From positions 32,001-96,000 of the forward strand of contig CAWKHF010000009.1 of the NCBI GenBank assembly GCA_963849325.1: a stretch of DNA of 64,000 bases. Direction: 5' to 3'. Source of the stretch: an uncultured Planctomycetota bacterium (lineage in GTDB: Bacteria; Planctomycetota; Planctomycetia; Gemmatales; Gemmataceae). Within the stretch, counting starts at the first letter, position 1, and each line of letters opens with the position of its first letter. A program made the translations under genes and the position numbers. Below the pieces are notes generated by a model. That model was given only the letters and a program-made list of their open reading frames with translations. It was not told the origin of the DNA and did not search any database. This document shows positions 49,366-61,000 of this stretch, in pieces.

Positions 49366-50586
49366 CTACTTGAACGTCCAGAAGGTTACAGCCTCGCGGT
49401 CCTTGATGTAGACGCCTTCGTTGGTCACGATCGGGTAGGCATAGGTGTCTCCGTCCGCCACCTTGTAGCCGGCCACCCGTTCGAACTTCTCCCGGTTGGG
49501 CTTGAAGACCACCAGCTGCGCTGCCGGCGTGAGCGCGAACAGCACCGGGCCGGCGGCGACGATCGAGCCGTATCCACTTCGTCCGCGACGACCGCCGCCG
49601 CCACCATCGAGCCGTTGCGACCAGAGCCTCTTGCCGGTCTTGGTGTCGATGCAGAAGATCTCGTTCTGCTCCGACAGGCCGAACATCAGCCCCTCCTTGA
49701 CGACCGGCGTGTTGAAGATGACCGAGGCGTCGGGGTTTGTCCATAACTCCTTGGCCACGACTTTCTCGCCCTCCTTTTGCAACTTCACCGCCGTGGTCGG
49801 TTTTTTCGACCCGGCGTAGTAGAGGACGTCGCCGTAGATCATCGGCGTGGAGGCGTTGTAGCGGGTGGCGAAGTTCGTGCTCCAAAGCGGCTTGCCCTCC
49901 GCGAGGCTGACGGCCGAAATGGTGCCCGCCGTCTCCACTACGACCGCCTTGAGGCCCGTGAGAGTCAGCAGCATGGGCGAGGCGTACTTCGTGCCGTCCG
50001 AGGACCACTCCCACTTCTTCGCGCCGTCGGCCAGTCCGAATGCGACGACGGAGCCGCCGCGATCGCCGCCGACCTGGACAACGCAAAGTCCGTCGGCCAG
50101 GAGCGGCGAACAGGAGGCCGAAAACCCGGGAGGTCTCCCCGTATTGTCCTTCCGCCAGACGACGGTGCCGTTGGCGCTGTCCAGGCAAGAGAGCGTGCCC
50201 TGGACGCCGAGCGTGACCACCTTGCCGTCGGCGACGGCCGGCGACGACCGCGCCGCGGGGAAGCCGCGCGCGGGCCAGCCTGCCGGCTGCGCCTTATAGC
50301 CGTTCTTCCAGAGTTTCTTGCCGGTGCCGGCGTCCAGACAGTGGAGGACCTCCTCGCCTTCCTGGTAGGCGAAGGCGTAGAGTTTGCCGCCCACCAGGGC
50401 CGGCGTCGCCACCCCTTCCCCGACCGAGGTGGACCACTTCTTCTGTAACTGCTGCGGCCATGTCGCCGGAGACTGGAATTCCGTCACCACGGCGGCACGG
50501 TCGGGGCCGCGCCACTGGGGCCAGTCCGCGGCCGAGACGAAGGGAGTCCAGACAAGGAGGAAGACGAACGAACGCATCAGGTACAT
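49366..50586 (-). CDS. Secreted PQQ-binding-like beta-propeller protein
   Basis: Signal peptide plus ADWPQWRGP; repeated CLDAxTGxxLW blades. Confidence 0.9.
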   Translation of the reverse strand: MYLMRSFVFLLVWTPFVSAADWPQWRGPDRAAVVTEFQSPATWPQQLQKKWSTSVGEGVATPALVGGKLYAFAYQEGEEVLHCLDAGTGKKLWKNGYKAQPAGWPARGFPAARSSPAVADGKVVTLGVQGTLSCLDSANGTVVWRKDNTGRPPGFSASCSPLLADGLCVVQVGGDRGGSVVAFGLADGAKKWEWSSDGTKYASPMLLTLTGLKAVVVETAGTISAVSLAEGKPLWSTNFATRYNASTPMIYGDVLYYAGSKKPTTAVKLQKEGEKVVAKELWTNPDASVIFNTPVVKEGLMFGLSEQNEIFCIDTKTGKRLWSQRLDGGGGGRRGRSGYGSIVAAGPVLFALTPAAQLVVFKPNREKFERVAGYKVADGDTYAYPIVTNEGVYIKDREAVTFWTFK

Positions 50587-50959
50587 GACAGGTCTCCTAG
50601 GGATCCAGCGTCGGAACCGTTCACACCGCTTACACCCAGGCCAAGAAGGATTCTCCGGCGCCCGTTGGAGGCCGTCAAGAGAAACGCGGTTCTTCCGGAC
50701 TTCATTTATTCTCATCGAACCTCGCCCCTTACCTGTCGAGGGGTGGACGGGTTCGGGAACTCCGGCCTGGCCGCCTGGCGTGAGAGCGTTCATGCCGCGA
50801 TGCCGCGCCGGAAAGCGGATGCCGCTCCCGACACGGGCGGCAAGCAGAGCCAGAGAGAAGGGGGCGAGGAAGAGGGAGAGAACAGGACGTTGGCAGCACG
50901 GCGATTTCACGTAGACTGATCGTTGGCCGCATTTCGCCCGGCTTGCTGGGAGTGCCGCC

Positions 50960-52066
50960 ATGTCCTCTCTCCGCGATGCGCTGGAAGCGGCCCTGGTCGA
51001 GGATCCCGACGACCGGGCCGCGCACATGGCCTATGCCGATTACCTGCAGGAACAGGGCGACCCGCGCGGCGAATTCATCCAGGTGCAGCTCGCCCTCGAA
51101 GATCCCGAGAGGACCGCGGAGCAACGCCAGCGACTTCAGGCGCGCGAGCAGGCGTTGTTGGCCGAATTGAGGCGTGGGCGATTGGGTGACTTCGCGCGGG
51201 CGGTATTTTATTCGCGGGAGGGGGGCGGCCAAACCGAGGAGATCCACTTCGCGCGCGGATGGCTCGACCGATGTGTCCTCGGCGATACAGGGAGCCATTT
51301 AGCCCGAGAGTTGGCTCGGCTGCTGGCTCGGGACCCGGATTGTCGCCTGCTGCGGGAACTGGTCCTCGAATGCGATGTGGGGGCGGTCGAACAATTAATC
51401 CGTTCGCCCTTTCTGGGCAATCTGCGGCTGCTCCAACTCGGTGCCGGATTCGAGACCCTCGTCCACTCCGTGTCGGTCCCGGAGTTCGTGGCGAAATTGC
51501 CGCGTCTCGAAGAATTGCACTTACACGCCTACGGTTATGATCCGGTTCGACTCTTCACCCTATCCACTCTGAGAGAATTGCGCGTTCTCAAGATTTATTG
51601 TCAGGATCTGCCCTATCCGCTGGAACTGCTGGCTGGCAATCCATCGTTGCGCAACCTTACTCATCTGCTGCTGCGTCCGCTCTCCTGCCCGACGCCGCTC
51701 ATCAACCTGGCCGGCGTGCGCGCCATCGTGCAATCGCCGCACTTGCCCAAGTTGACCCATTTGCAGGTGCGCGGCTCCGACCTCGGCGACGTGGGCTGCA
51801 CGGAAATTGTGACTTCGGGCGTCCTCAAAAAGCTCAAGTTGCTCGACTTGGGCCACGGCGAAATCACCGACGCGGGGGCTCGCATCCTGGCCGACTGTCC
51901 CGACCTGCGACGGCTAGAGCATCTCACCATCGACCGCAACGGCCTGACGCAAATGGGCATCGATGCCCTGCGCCGCGTCCTCGGCGCCAAGCTGCGGGCC
52001 AACCGTCAGCAGACCGCCGAGGAGTTGGCGCGGCAGCAGTATCTCGACGACAGCGATGGCGAATAA
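50960..52066 (+). CDS. TIGR02996 domain protein with leucine-rich repeats
   Basis: ALVEDPDDRAAHMAYADYLQEQGDPRGEFIQVQL; LRRs such as LKLLDLGHGEITDAGARIL. Confidence 0.88.
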   Translation: MSSLRDALEAALVEDPDDRAAHMAYADYLQEQGDPRGEFIQVQLALEDPERTAEQRQRLQAREQALLAELRRGRLGDFARAVFYSREGGGQTEEIHFARGWLDRCVLGDTGSHLARELARLLARDPDCRLLRELVLECDVGAVEQLIRSPFLGNLRLLQLGAGFETLVHSVSVPEFVAKLPRLEELHLHAYGYDPVRLFTLSTLRELRVLKIYCQDLPYPLELLAGNPSLRNLTHLLLRPLSCPTPLINLAGVRAIVQSPHLPKLTHLQVRGSDLGDVGCTEIVTSGVLKKLKLLDLGHGEITDAGARILADCPDLRRLEHLTIDRNGLTQMGIDALRRVLGAKLRANRQQTAEELARQQYLDDSDGE

Positions 52067-52084
52067 GGTCTCGATCGTCCGCGC

Positions 52085-53744
52085 TCAGCGTCGTTGCACG
52101 CACAGCGGCTGGCCCTCGCAGCGGTGACTCCAGACCTCGTGTCCTTTGCGGTCCAGCTCGACGATCACGACATCCATGCGGCTGGAGATGAGCGTATGCC
52201 CATTGGGCAGCCGATGCGCACACGTCGGCCGATAGGCCTTGCCCGTCCAGACCGCCTTGCCGTCGGCGTCGTACTCGACCACGCAGTTGCCCGAGTAAAA
52301 CGGGACGAGGAGATGACCGTTCGGCAGGGCCTCAATGTGGGTGCCGATGGAGCGCATGATTTTCCCGACGTGAAACGAATTCAGCACCTTTCCGGAGCGG
52401 TCAAGACGCTGGTACTGGCCGGTGGAGGAGATCACGCCGACGGAACCGTCGCGCAGCGGACAGGCGGCGGCGACGCGGCCGAACGGTTGGTCCAACGTCC
52501 ATACCTCGGCGCCGGCCCGGTCTACCTCGAAGACGCGCATCCGCGTCACGATGAAGGTGTGGCCGTTGGCCAGGCGACGGGCGCTGAGGGGAGAGCTATC
52601 GACCTGGGTTTGCCAAAGGATTTCGCCCTTGTGGTTGCGTTCCGTCACGCGCCGGCCGCTGTACTCGGCGACGAGGACGCGCTGGGCGTCGAGGACGTGG
52701 ACGGCCATGGGATACTGCAAACCGTCGATCTGCCAGCGGACGCGGCCGCGCGCGTCGATCTCCTGGACGTTGCCGCCGCCCGAGCTGAGCTGAGCGAGGA
52801 CCGTGTGCCCCAGCGGACGGCCCAGCCCCTCGACCTTGGCCAGGTCCAGGCCGTCTCCGTGGCGCGTCCACCAGTCCGCCCAGGCGTCGCGGTACTTGCG
52901 GCGAGCGGCGGCGTCGCCGTCCAGGTTCCCGCGCGGCCTTGTCGCCGGCCAGCAGGAACAACAACTCCTCGATGCGTTCCGCCTCGGCCGGCGGCACCTC
53001 CGCCAGCAGGGCGATGAGGACGGGGATGGCGTTTTTTTCGCGTGCCTCCAGCAGAGCGGAGGCGACGCGACGGCGGACGAGTGGATCGCGGTCGCGCAAG
53101 AGCCGTCGCACGGCAGCCTGTTGCGCGCCGCCGCCGGCGCGACACAGAGCGGCCCCGGCCGCGCCGCGCTTGATCGCCACCGGGTCGGTCAGGGCTCGTA
53201 CCAGGAGCGGTTCGGCCTTGCCGTCGCGCACGGCCACTGACGCCAAGACCAGGCACGCTTCCTCGGCGACGTCGGCATCCTCGGCGCAAGGCAGGTACGC
53301 CAGCAGTACCTCGGCCGTCTCCGCCGGCCGCAGCCGGCCGAGTACACGCACCGCCGTCACCAGTACGTCCGGGTCGGAATCGCGGCGGATGTCGGCCAAC
53401 GCCTGCCGAGCGCGCCAGCGGATTTCCAGGTCGTGGTGCCGCGCCGCCGCGGCCAGAAGCGACGCCGCCCCCGGTCCCATCGATACCAGCTCCGTACTTG
53501 CCTGTTCGCGGAGCGCGAACGAATCGCTGCCCAGCTGCGCGATCAGCGTCTGAATGCGGGCGCACGTCTCATCGGTGATGGTACGTATGCGGAAGAAAGC
53601 GAGCAGCCCTAGCTCGTCCGCCGGCAGGTGCGCCGCGCGCAACACGGACTCATCCGCCGCGACCTCCGGCTCCGCGCCGGACGCGAGACCAGACAGTCCG
53701 GACAGGACGATCAGAGGACCGAGGGCGACGCAACGAGGCAGCAT
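52085..53744 (-). CDS. Secreted HEAT-repeat + beta-propeller protein, paralogue D (one HEAT module; frameshift near 52930)
   Basis: Signal peptide; GLLAFFR, QLGSDSFALREQA, LLAYLP, AWADWW; blades RLANGHTFI, LPNGHLLV, VVEYDADGKAVW. Confidence 0.85.
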
Positions 53745-53770
53745 GGCGACGTCCTCCCCAGAAGAAGATT

Positions 53771-53918
53771 ACCACGGAAAGCACGGAAAACACGGAAAAG
53801 ACCACAAAAAACGAGAAAGTCTGTCGAGCGGGTATTCCTTAAGCCCCTCTGGCTCATCATCATCTTTTGCTTTCTTCTTTGTCTTCTTTTCCGTGTTTTC
53901 CGTGTTTTCCCTGGTGGT
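53771..53918. repeat. AT-rich hairpin element, family F
   Basis: accacggaaagcacggaaaacacggaaaag ... cttttccgtgttttccgtgttttccctggt. Confidence 0.88.
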
Positions 53919-53934
53919 TTTCTTCTTGGAACAT

Positions 53935-55599
53935 TTAGCGGCGGAAGGCGCGGGTGACGCGCGTGTCCGCCTTGAACTGCCAGACTTCCCGGCCCGCGCG
54001 GTCCACCTCGACGGCGCGATTCTCGCGCATCAGCGTGACCATCGTGTTGCCGTTGGGCAGGCGCACGGCGCTGATGGGCTGGTCGATGGCGACTTCCCAG
54101 ACGCCCTGTCCATCGGCGTCATATTCCACCACGCGGTTATTGTCCATCTCCGGGATCAGAACGTGTCCGTTGGGCAGGACATCGATCCGGCCGCCGGAAG
54201 TACGCACCTGCACGCCCCAGCTTTTGACCTCCTTGAATTCCTTGCCCGATGGCGTTAGCCGCACGTAGCGTGGAACGCCGAGCTGGATGATCGAAACGAC
54301 ATCGCCATTGCGCAGCTTGACCGCGCGCATGAACGAAGCGCCGTCCGGCCGAACGTAGGTGAACAATTCCTTGCCGTTCTTGTCCACTTCGACGAGCTGG
54401 TGTTCGGTGGTGATGAACGTGTTGCCGTTGGGCAATCGCTGAGCGGCGAGCGGTCCCTGCACCATCTTCTTCCAGACGATCTCGCCCTTGAGGTTGCGTT
54501 CGCTGACGCGGTTGGCCTGGTATTCGGCCACGAGCACGCGCTCCTCGCCGGGTAAGAGCTGCGCATCCAGCGGCCGTTCCAGACCCTCGATCTTCCAGCG
54601 AATGCGATTGGTGGTATCGAGGTCTTCGACTCGGCCAAGATCCAGAAGGACAATAAGGGTGAAGCCGAGGGTGCGCGACGCCTGTTCGAGCTGGGCCGGC
54701 TCGATGCGGGCTTGATGGTCCTTCCACCACGTCTGCCAGGCTTCGCGGTAGCGGCGACGCGCGGCCTGGTCGGGTCCGGGCAGGACCGGCGGCAGCGTGT
54801 CGCCGGCGAGACGGTCCAGCAGACTCATGACCAGCCCAGTGTCCTCCGGCGGCAGTTCGTCGAGCAGTCGGATGAGCACGGGCATGGCGTCCTTGTCACG
54901 TCCAGCCGTCAGGGCCAGTCCGACGCGCAGGCGGACGCGCGGGTCGCGGTCCTGGAGCAGCTTGCGCACGTTCGGCACCACGTCCGGAAGCCGAGCACGA
55001 GCCAGGGCCGCCCCGGCAGCGGCGCGCAGGACGGCCGATTTGTTGGCCAGGGCGGCGACAAGGGCCGGCTCCGCTTTGCCGTCGCGCACGGCCAGCGCCG
55101 CCAGCGCCTGGCGGATGGTCTCGGCCACACCCTCGTCCTCGGCCGACGGCAGATAGGCCAGCAAGACGGCGGCGGACTCTGCCGGCTTCTCGCGCCAGGA
55201 CACGCGCGGCGGCCATCACCGCTGCCGCCGTCGCCCCCTCGCCGATGTGTTGCAGACATTCGCGGGCGCGGCGGGCGATCTCCGGGTCGGAGTCCTTGAC
55301 CGCCGCCTGCAAGGGGAGTCGGCGCGCGGGCCAATCGTCACCAGCTGCTTCGACGCCTGTTCGCGAACGCGGAACCGATCGTCGCCCAGCTGGCGGACCA
55401 ACGTCTGGATGCGCGTCTGGTCGGACACGTCGGCGGTTCGCTGCCGGAAGAAGGTGAGCAGACCGGGTCCATCCACGGCGATGCCGGCCTGCCGCAGCGT
55501 TTGCTCGTCGCTGACCGGCGCGTCCGCCGCGACCGCCGGACGTATCCCTCCGAGCAGGATGACGCAGGCGTTCAACCCCAGCAGATAGCGGTGACGCAT
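53935..55599 (-). CDS. Secreted HEAT-repeat + beta-propeller protein, paralogue C (one HEAT module; frameshifts near 55315 and 55190)
   Basis: Signal peptide; DGPGLLTFFRQRT, QLGDDRFRVREQA, LLAYLP, AWQTWW; blades QRLPNGNTFI, VEYDADG. Confidence 0.85.
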
Positions 55600-55607
55600 G
55601 ACAGTCC

Positions 55608-55682
55608 TCTGAGTTCTGAGTTCGGAGTTCGGAGTTCTGAGTTCTGTCTTCACTCAGAACTCAGAACTCCGAACTCAGAACT
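55608..55682. repeat. Heptamer (GAGTTCT)n/(AGAACTC)n hairpin, family H
   Basis: tctgagttctgagttcggagttcggagttctgag...ctcagaactcagaactccgaactcagaact. Confidence 0.88.
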
Positions 55683-55691
55683 TCTCGTCGG

Positions 55692-58333
55692 TCAGCGATG
55701 GCGAAGGCGATACACGTATGTGCTCGTGGTGAATTCGCTTACCTGCTTGCCGGTGCGGTCCAGTTCGACGACCTTGGACGGCCACTGCTGCGGCGTGACC
55801 AGGACGTTGCCGTTGGGCAGACGGGCGGCGGCCGTCGGCTGCATCACGGCGGCGTCGAACACGCTCTTGCCGTCGGCGTCGTACTCGGTCACGCGGTTGA
55901 TCCACTGGGCCGGGACCAGGACGTGGCCGTTGGGCGAGATGTTCACGCCGTTGTGTTGCCAGACCATTTGTACCTGGAAACTCTTCAATTCCTTGCCGGT
56001 GGTGTCCATGCGGACGACGAAGCGCTGGGTGTTGACCAGGATGATGTGGCCGTCGCGCATCCGGCGAGCCATGACCACGTCGTTCTGCGGCCGGTTGATG
56101 GCGAACACTTCGCGGCCGGCGCGGTCCACCTCCACGAGCTTGTTCTGGCCGGTGATGAAGGTGTGGCCGTTGCGAAGGCGCTGGGCGGCCAGCGGCGCCG
56201 TGCCCGGCAGGTGCTTCTGCCACAGGATTTCCCCGCGGCGGTTGCGCTCGGTGACACGCTGTCCATTGTACTCGGCGACCAGGATGCGGTCGGGTCCGAT
56301 CACCTGCACGTCGCGCGGGTTGAGCAGGCCGTTCAACTGCCAGCGCACCTTGCGATCCGGACCCAGCTCGACGACCTGCCCCGTGTTGGCCAGGACCAGC
56401 AGCGTATAGCCGTGATAGCGCTCGGTCGCCGCCGGGGGATAGCGATCGACAAGGCGAACGTGCTCGCCGTGGGCCTTCCACCAGTCGGCCCAGGCATCGC
56501 GGCGTTTCTTGCGGTTGGTGGCGTCGTCGCCGACCGGCAGGTCCGCCGGCGGCCGATCTCCCGCCAGACGGTGCAGGTATTCCTCCGCCGGCTCTGACTG
56601 AGCGGTAGTCAACTCGCCAACCAAGTCGATCAGGGTCGGTACGGCGTCGCGCTCGCGCGAACCGGCCAGGGCCAGGGCCGTCTTGAGGCGTACCGCCGGA
56701 TCGGTGTCGTGCAGCAGTTTGCGGATGACCGGCAAGTGTTCGCGGTCGCCGCTGAGGCACAGGGCCTCGGCCGCCGCCGCACGCCGCACGCCCAGCGCGT
56801 CGGTCAGGGCGCGGACCACGGCCGGGTCGGGCTTGCCGTCCTTGAAGACCACGGCGTTGAGGGCGAGCTGCGCCTCGCCCAGGGTCGGTTCGTCGGCGGC
56901 GTAGGGCAGATAAGCCAGCAGCGTCTCGGCGGCGCCGGCCGGCTTGCGCAAGGCGATCAACCGCAGGGTGATCGGCGACAAGGGCAGGGACTTGTCGCGT
57001 TCCATCTCGTTCAGACAGGCACGGGCACGGCTGCGCACCTCCAGGTCGTTGTCGCGGACGGCCTGGCGCAGCAGCGGCACGATCGCGGCGCCCATGGTCT
57101 TGATCTCGGCTTGCGCCTTCTCGCGGACGGCGAACTCGCCATCGCCCAGCCGGCGAATGAGGTCTTCGCACTTCTGCCGCACGGGTTCCGTCACCGTGCG
57201 TTTGCGTAACTCGTCGAGCAGGCGTTCGGCGTTGTCGCTGCTTTGCCACCAGGCGGCCCAGGCATCGCGGCACTTCTTCCGCGCCGCGTCGTCGGCGCCC
57301 AGCGCTACCTTCGGAGCCTGCTCGCCGGCCAGTTCGGCCAGGAAGTCCTCGGCCTGGCGAGCGTGATCGAGTGGCAATTCGCTCAGTAGAGTGATGAGCG
57401 TGGGCACGGCGCGGGCATCGGGGCGCGGGCCAGGGCCAGGGCCGCTCGCAGCCGAACCGACGGCTTGGCGTCTTGCAGCAGCTTGTGCAGCGGCACTTGT
57501 TCCAGCAGCGAGGCGTTGATGCCGTTGTGGCAGAGCGTATCGATGGCCAGGGCGCGGCGGATCGGCGTCTCATCGGACAGCGCTTGCAACAGGGCGGGGT
57601 CGGGTTTGCCGTCCGCGTAGGCCGCGGCCAGGAGAGCGAGACGAATCTCTTCGACCACGCCCTCGTCCTCGGCGGCGGGCAGGAAGGCCAGCAACGCCGC
57701 GGCAGTTCCAGGCGGTCGGCGCTGACCGAGCAGGCGGGTCGCCGCCGCCGACAGCCGGCCGGGATGCTCCTCCAATGCTTGCAAGCAGCGCCGCGCCCGC
57801 TGCATGATCTGCTGCCGGTCGGGATCTTTGACAGCCTGACGCAGCATAGGAATGGCCGGCGCTCCGATCGCCGCCAGTTCGCCGGACGCCTTCTGTGCCA
57901 CCGTCGGCGACTTATCGCCCAGTTGCTCGATGAGGGCGGCCAGGCGATCTGGTTTCGCCTCGCCCCGGCCGCGCAGGTGGAGGAATGTCAGCAAGCCGGG
58001 TCCGTCCGTGGACACGCCCACGGAACGCAGCAGCGCCTCGTCCCGGCCCGCGTCTTGCGGCTCCGTCTTCGGCACGGCTGTCGTGCTGGCGGAACGCGCT
58101 TGGGCCATCGCCGCCATCTCCCTCTGCTTCTTTATCTCCATCAGCTCGATCTGCCGCTTTATCCGGTCCAACTCGATCGCTTTCGCCTTTTCGTCTCTTG
58201 CTTTCGCCTCTTCCGCTTTCTCCTCTCGCGCTTTCCTCTCCTGGACCTGCTTTTCTCGTTCCTGCGCCGACGCGGAGAGAACGCTCCCAAGGAGACACGC
58301 GAGGGTCAGCGAAGTCCAAACCGTGCGGTACAT
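55692..58333 (-). CDS. Secreted HEAT-repeat + beta-propeller protein, paralogue B (coiled coil + two HEAT modules; frameshift near 57420)
   Basis: Signal peptide; charged coiled coil; two modules ending AWAAWW and AWADWW; blades QRLRNGHTFI, RLPNGNVLV. Confidence 0.85.
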
Positions 58334-58352
58334 GGCTCGATCCACCAAGAGG

Positions 58353-60794
58353 TTAACGCCGGTGCATCCGGTAAGGGCGATATCCCAGGTCTTTCTTCTC
58401 CGAGATGACCTTGCCGTTGCGGTCCAGCTCCACCAGGACGGTGTTGTTGTTGCTGGAGACGAGGGTACGGCCGTTGGACAGGCGATGCGGAAAGCCGGGA
58501 GAGAAGACGGTGGCTTCCCAGACGAGCTTGCCGCCGTCGGCGTACTCGGCCACCTTGCCGATGCCCAGCGATACCACCAGCCGATCGCCGGGCAGCACCT
58601 CGGCGCCGATGACACCGTTCTGCCACTGGAACGGCACCTGAAACGTCTTCACCTGCTTGCCGGTCGCGTCCAGGCGGACGTACTGGCCCTGGTAGGTCAG
58701 GAAAGCCATCTGGCCATCGGGAAACTTGCGGCCGCCGACGATGTGGCCGGGGAAGGTATGGTTGAACACTTCTTTGCCGGCCGCGTCGAACTCGTAAAGT
58801 TGATTGCGGCCCAGGACGAAAATGTGTCCGTTGCGCAGCCGCTGGCAGGAGAACGGGTTGTTCAGCACCTTCGTCCACAGCACCTTACCCTGCCGATCGC
58901 GCTCGGTCACGCGGTTCTGCTGCTCGACGATGAGAAGGTGGCCGTTGGGCAAGACCTGGGCGTCCCACGGCCAGGCGAGACCATCGACGTGCCAGCGGAC
59001 CTTGCCGGCTGGGTTCAGTTCCAGCACGCGGCCCTGGCCGGTTGGGCCTTGCTGTTCGATGACGAGCAGCAGCCCGCGCTCGCGGTTGCCGCTCATCAGG
59101 CGGGCGAGGTCGATGGTCTTCTTCTCTTTGCTCCACCAGGTCTTCCACGCCGCGACGGCGGCGGCGCGGCTGGCCGCGTCATTGCCGACGCGCTCGCCGG
59201 GGGCCTTGTCGCCGGCCAGGTGGATCAGCAAATCCTCGACCTCCCAGACCTGTTCGAGTGGCAGATCTTTCAGCAAGGCGATGAGGACGGGCAGGGCGCT
59301 GTTGTCGCCGTGTTCGGCGAGGGCGACGGCGGTCCTCATGCGGACGGAGGGGTCAGGGTCGCGCAGCAGCTTGCGCACGGCGGGCAGCTCCTCGTCGGCT
59401 CTGCCTTTGCACAGGGCGACGGCGGCGGCGGCGCGGCGCATGCCGACCTTGTCGTCGAGGGCGCGGACCAGCATCGGGTCCGCCTTGCCGTCCGTGCAAC
59501 CGACGACCGCGAGCAACTCGGTGAGCTGGGCGGCGGCGCCCTCGCTCTCGGCGAAGGGTAGATACCCCAGTAGGACTTGCAGGGTGCCCTCCGGCCGGCG
59601 CAGGGCGAGCAGGCGCGGCGCGGCCTCGGCCAGCGGTCGGGGCGCGTTGCGCTCAATGGCCGTGAGACATTCACGGGCCGGTCCCGTCCGGCGTGAATCC
59701 GCCTGACCGACGACCTGCCGCAACAGCGACGTCGCCCGCGGTCCCAGGCCGATGATCTCCTCGGACGCCCGGGCGCGGATCTCCGGCGAAGTGTCGTCGA
59801 GCTTGCCGATCAGCTCCAGGATGTGTGTTCGCTCGTCGTCGCCGAGCGTCCGGCCGCGAAATTCTTCCAGCAGATGTTGGCCGTCCAGGCTGCGCCACCA
59901 GGCGGACCACAGTTCGCGGCGGAGACGGCCCGACAGGGCATCGTTGCCCTGAGGTGTCTTGACCGCCCATTCGCCGGCCAGGTCGCTGAGGTAGGCTTCC
60001 ACCTGCCGGCGCTCCTCCGGCGGCAAATCGCCGACGAGGTCGATGAGCACGGGTACGGACTCGGCATCGTGCATCTCGGCCAGACCCAGCGCCGCTTGCA
60101 TACGGACAGTGGCTCGGGGGTCTTTGAGCAGAGGCCGAACCGCCGCGCGTCCGCCGGCGCCGCCGACGCGGCACAGCACGCGGGCGGCGATGCTGCGCCG
60201 CACCGGCACCGGATCGGTCAGCGCCCGCGTCAGGGCCGATTCCGCTTGACCCTGGCGAACGCCGACGTTGAGCAAGGCCATCTCGATTTCGCGCATCACC
60301 GACTCGTCGTCGGCGAACGGTAGGTAGTGGAGCAGCGCCTCGGTCGTACCGGCGGGGTTGTGGGCGGCCAGCGCGCGCACGGCGGCTTGCACCAGGTTCG
60401 CTCCGTTGTGGCCCTCGATGGACTCCAGGCATTGTCGGGCACGGGCGGCCGTCGGCTCGTCATCGACGTGGTTGATCGCTCGCCGTAGCGCGGGCAGGGC
60501 CAGCGGGCCGAGGCCGACCAGTTCGGCGGCGGTCTTGTCGTGGACGGCGGGCGTCTTGTCGGCCAGCTGTCGGGTCAGCTCGGCCAGACGTTCGCGGTCC
60601 ACGCCGGAGGACGCTCGGCGTCGGAAGAAATCGAGCAGACCCCGCCCGGTAGCGTCTAGGTGGGCGTTCTTGAAGAGTTGTTCGTCGCTGAGGGAGGTCA
60701 CGGCCGGGGCGGGGGCCGGCTGGACCGGCTTGAAGATCACCTTCTGCGCAGGCAGCTGAGCGGCGAACAGCAAGGCCAGCGGGGCCAGGGTCAT
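58353..60794 (-). CDS. Secreted HEAT-repeat + beta-propeller protein, paralogue A (two HEAT modules)
   Basis: MTLAPLALLFAAQ; GLLDFFRRR; two modules ending LWSAWW and AWKTWW; blades QRLRNGHIFV, HRLSNGRTLV. Confidence 0.88.
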   Translation of the reverse strand: MTLAPLALLFAAQLPAQKVIFKPVQPAPAPAVTSLSDEQLFKNAHLDATGRGLLDFFRRRASSGVDRERLAELTRQLADKTPAVHDKTAAELVGLGPLALPALRRAINHVDDEPTAARARQCLESIEGHNGANLVQAAVRALAAHNPAGTTEALLHYLPFADDESVMREIEMALLNVGVRQGQAESALTRALTDPVPVRRSIAARVLCRVGGAGGRAAVRPLLKDPRATVRMQAALGLAEMHDAESVPVLIDLVGDLPPEERRQVEAYLSDLAGEWAVKTPQGNDALSGRLRRELWSAWWRSLDGQHLLEEFRGRTLGDDERTHILELIGKLDDTSPEIRARASEEIIGLGPRATSLLRQVVGQADSRRTGPARECLTAIERNAPRPLAEAAPRLLALRRPEGTLQVLLGYLPFAESEGAAAQLTELLAVVGCTDGKADPMLVRALDDKVGMRRAAAAVALCKGRADEELPAVRKLLRDPDPSVRMRTAVALAEHGDNSALPVLIALLKDLPLEQVWEVEDLLIHLAGDKAPGERVGNDAASRAAAVAAWKTWWSKEKKTIDLARLMSGNRERGLLLVIEQQGPTGQGRVLELNPAGKVRWHVDGLAWPWDAQVLPNGHLLIVEQQNRVTERDRQGKVLWTKVLNNPFSCQRLRNGHIFVLGRNQLYEFDAAGKEVFNHTFPGHIVGGRKFPDGQMAFLTYQGQYVRLDATGKQVKTFQVPFQWQNGVIGAEVLPGDRLVVSLGIGKVAEYADGGKLVWEATVFSPGFPHRLSNGRTLVSSNNNTVLVELDRNGKVISEKKDLGYRPYRMHRR

Positions 60795-60902
60795 GGGTGC
60801 ATACTCCGCGTGCCAGGGGGCGCGGCCAGCGTTGGCGCGGCGTCCGGGACGATCATCCTCAGTATGATAGACGATCAACCCGCCTGGCGGGAGCAGAAAA
60901 AG

Positions 60903-60996
60903 AAGTTCTGAGTTCTGAGTTCTGAGTTCTGAGTGAAGAACGCTGGATGCTGCGTTCTTCACTCAGAACTCAGAACTCAGAACTCAGAACTCAGAA
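60903..60996. repeat. Heptamer (GAGTTCT)n/(AGAACTC)n hairpin, family H
   Basis: (ttctgag)4 tgaagaacgc-loop-gcgttcttca (ctcagaa)5: long perfect stem. Confidence 0.9.
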
Positions 60997-61000
60997 ATGT

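Noticed and set aside
50590-50955. Long intergenic region as a riboswitch or ncRNA, or as an N-terminal extension of the 553-aa ORF
   Set aside because: No recognisable aptamer consensus; the signal peptide starts at 50586; a divergent promoter region explains the gap. An Rfam scan would be needed to exclude an RNA.
55608-55682. Heptamer and nonamer repeat hairpins as CRISPR or rho-independent terminators
   Set aside because: No unique spacers; stems are far longer than terminators and built from tandem units, so they are reported as repeat elements.
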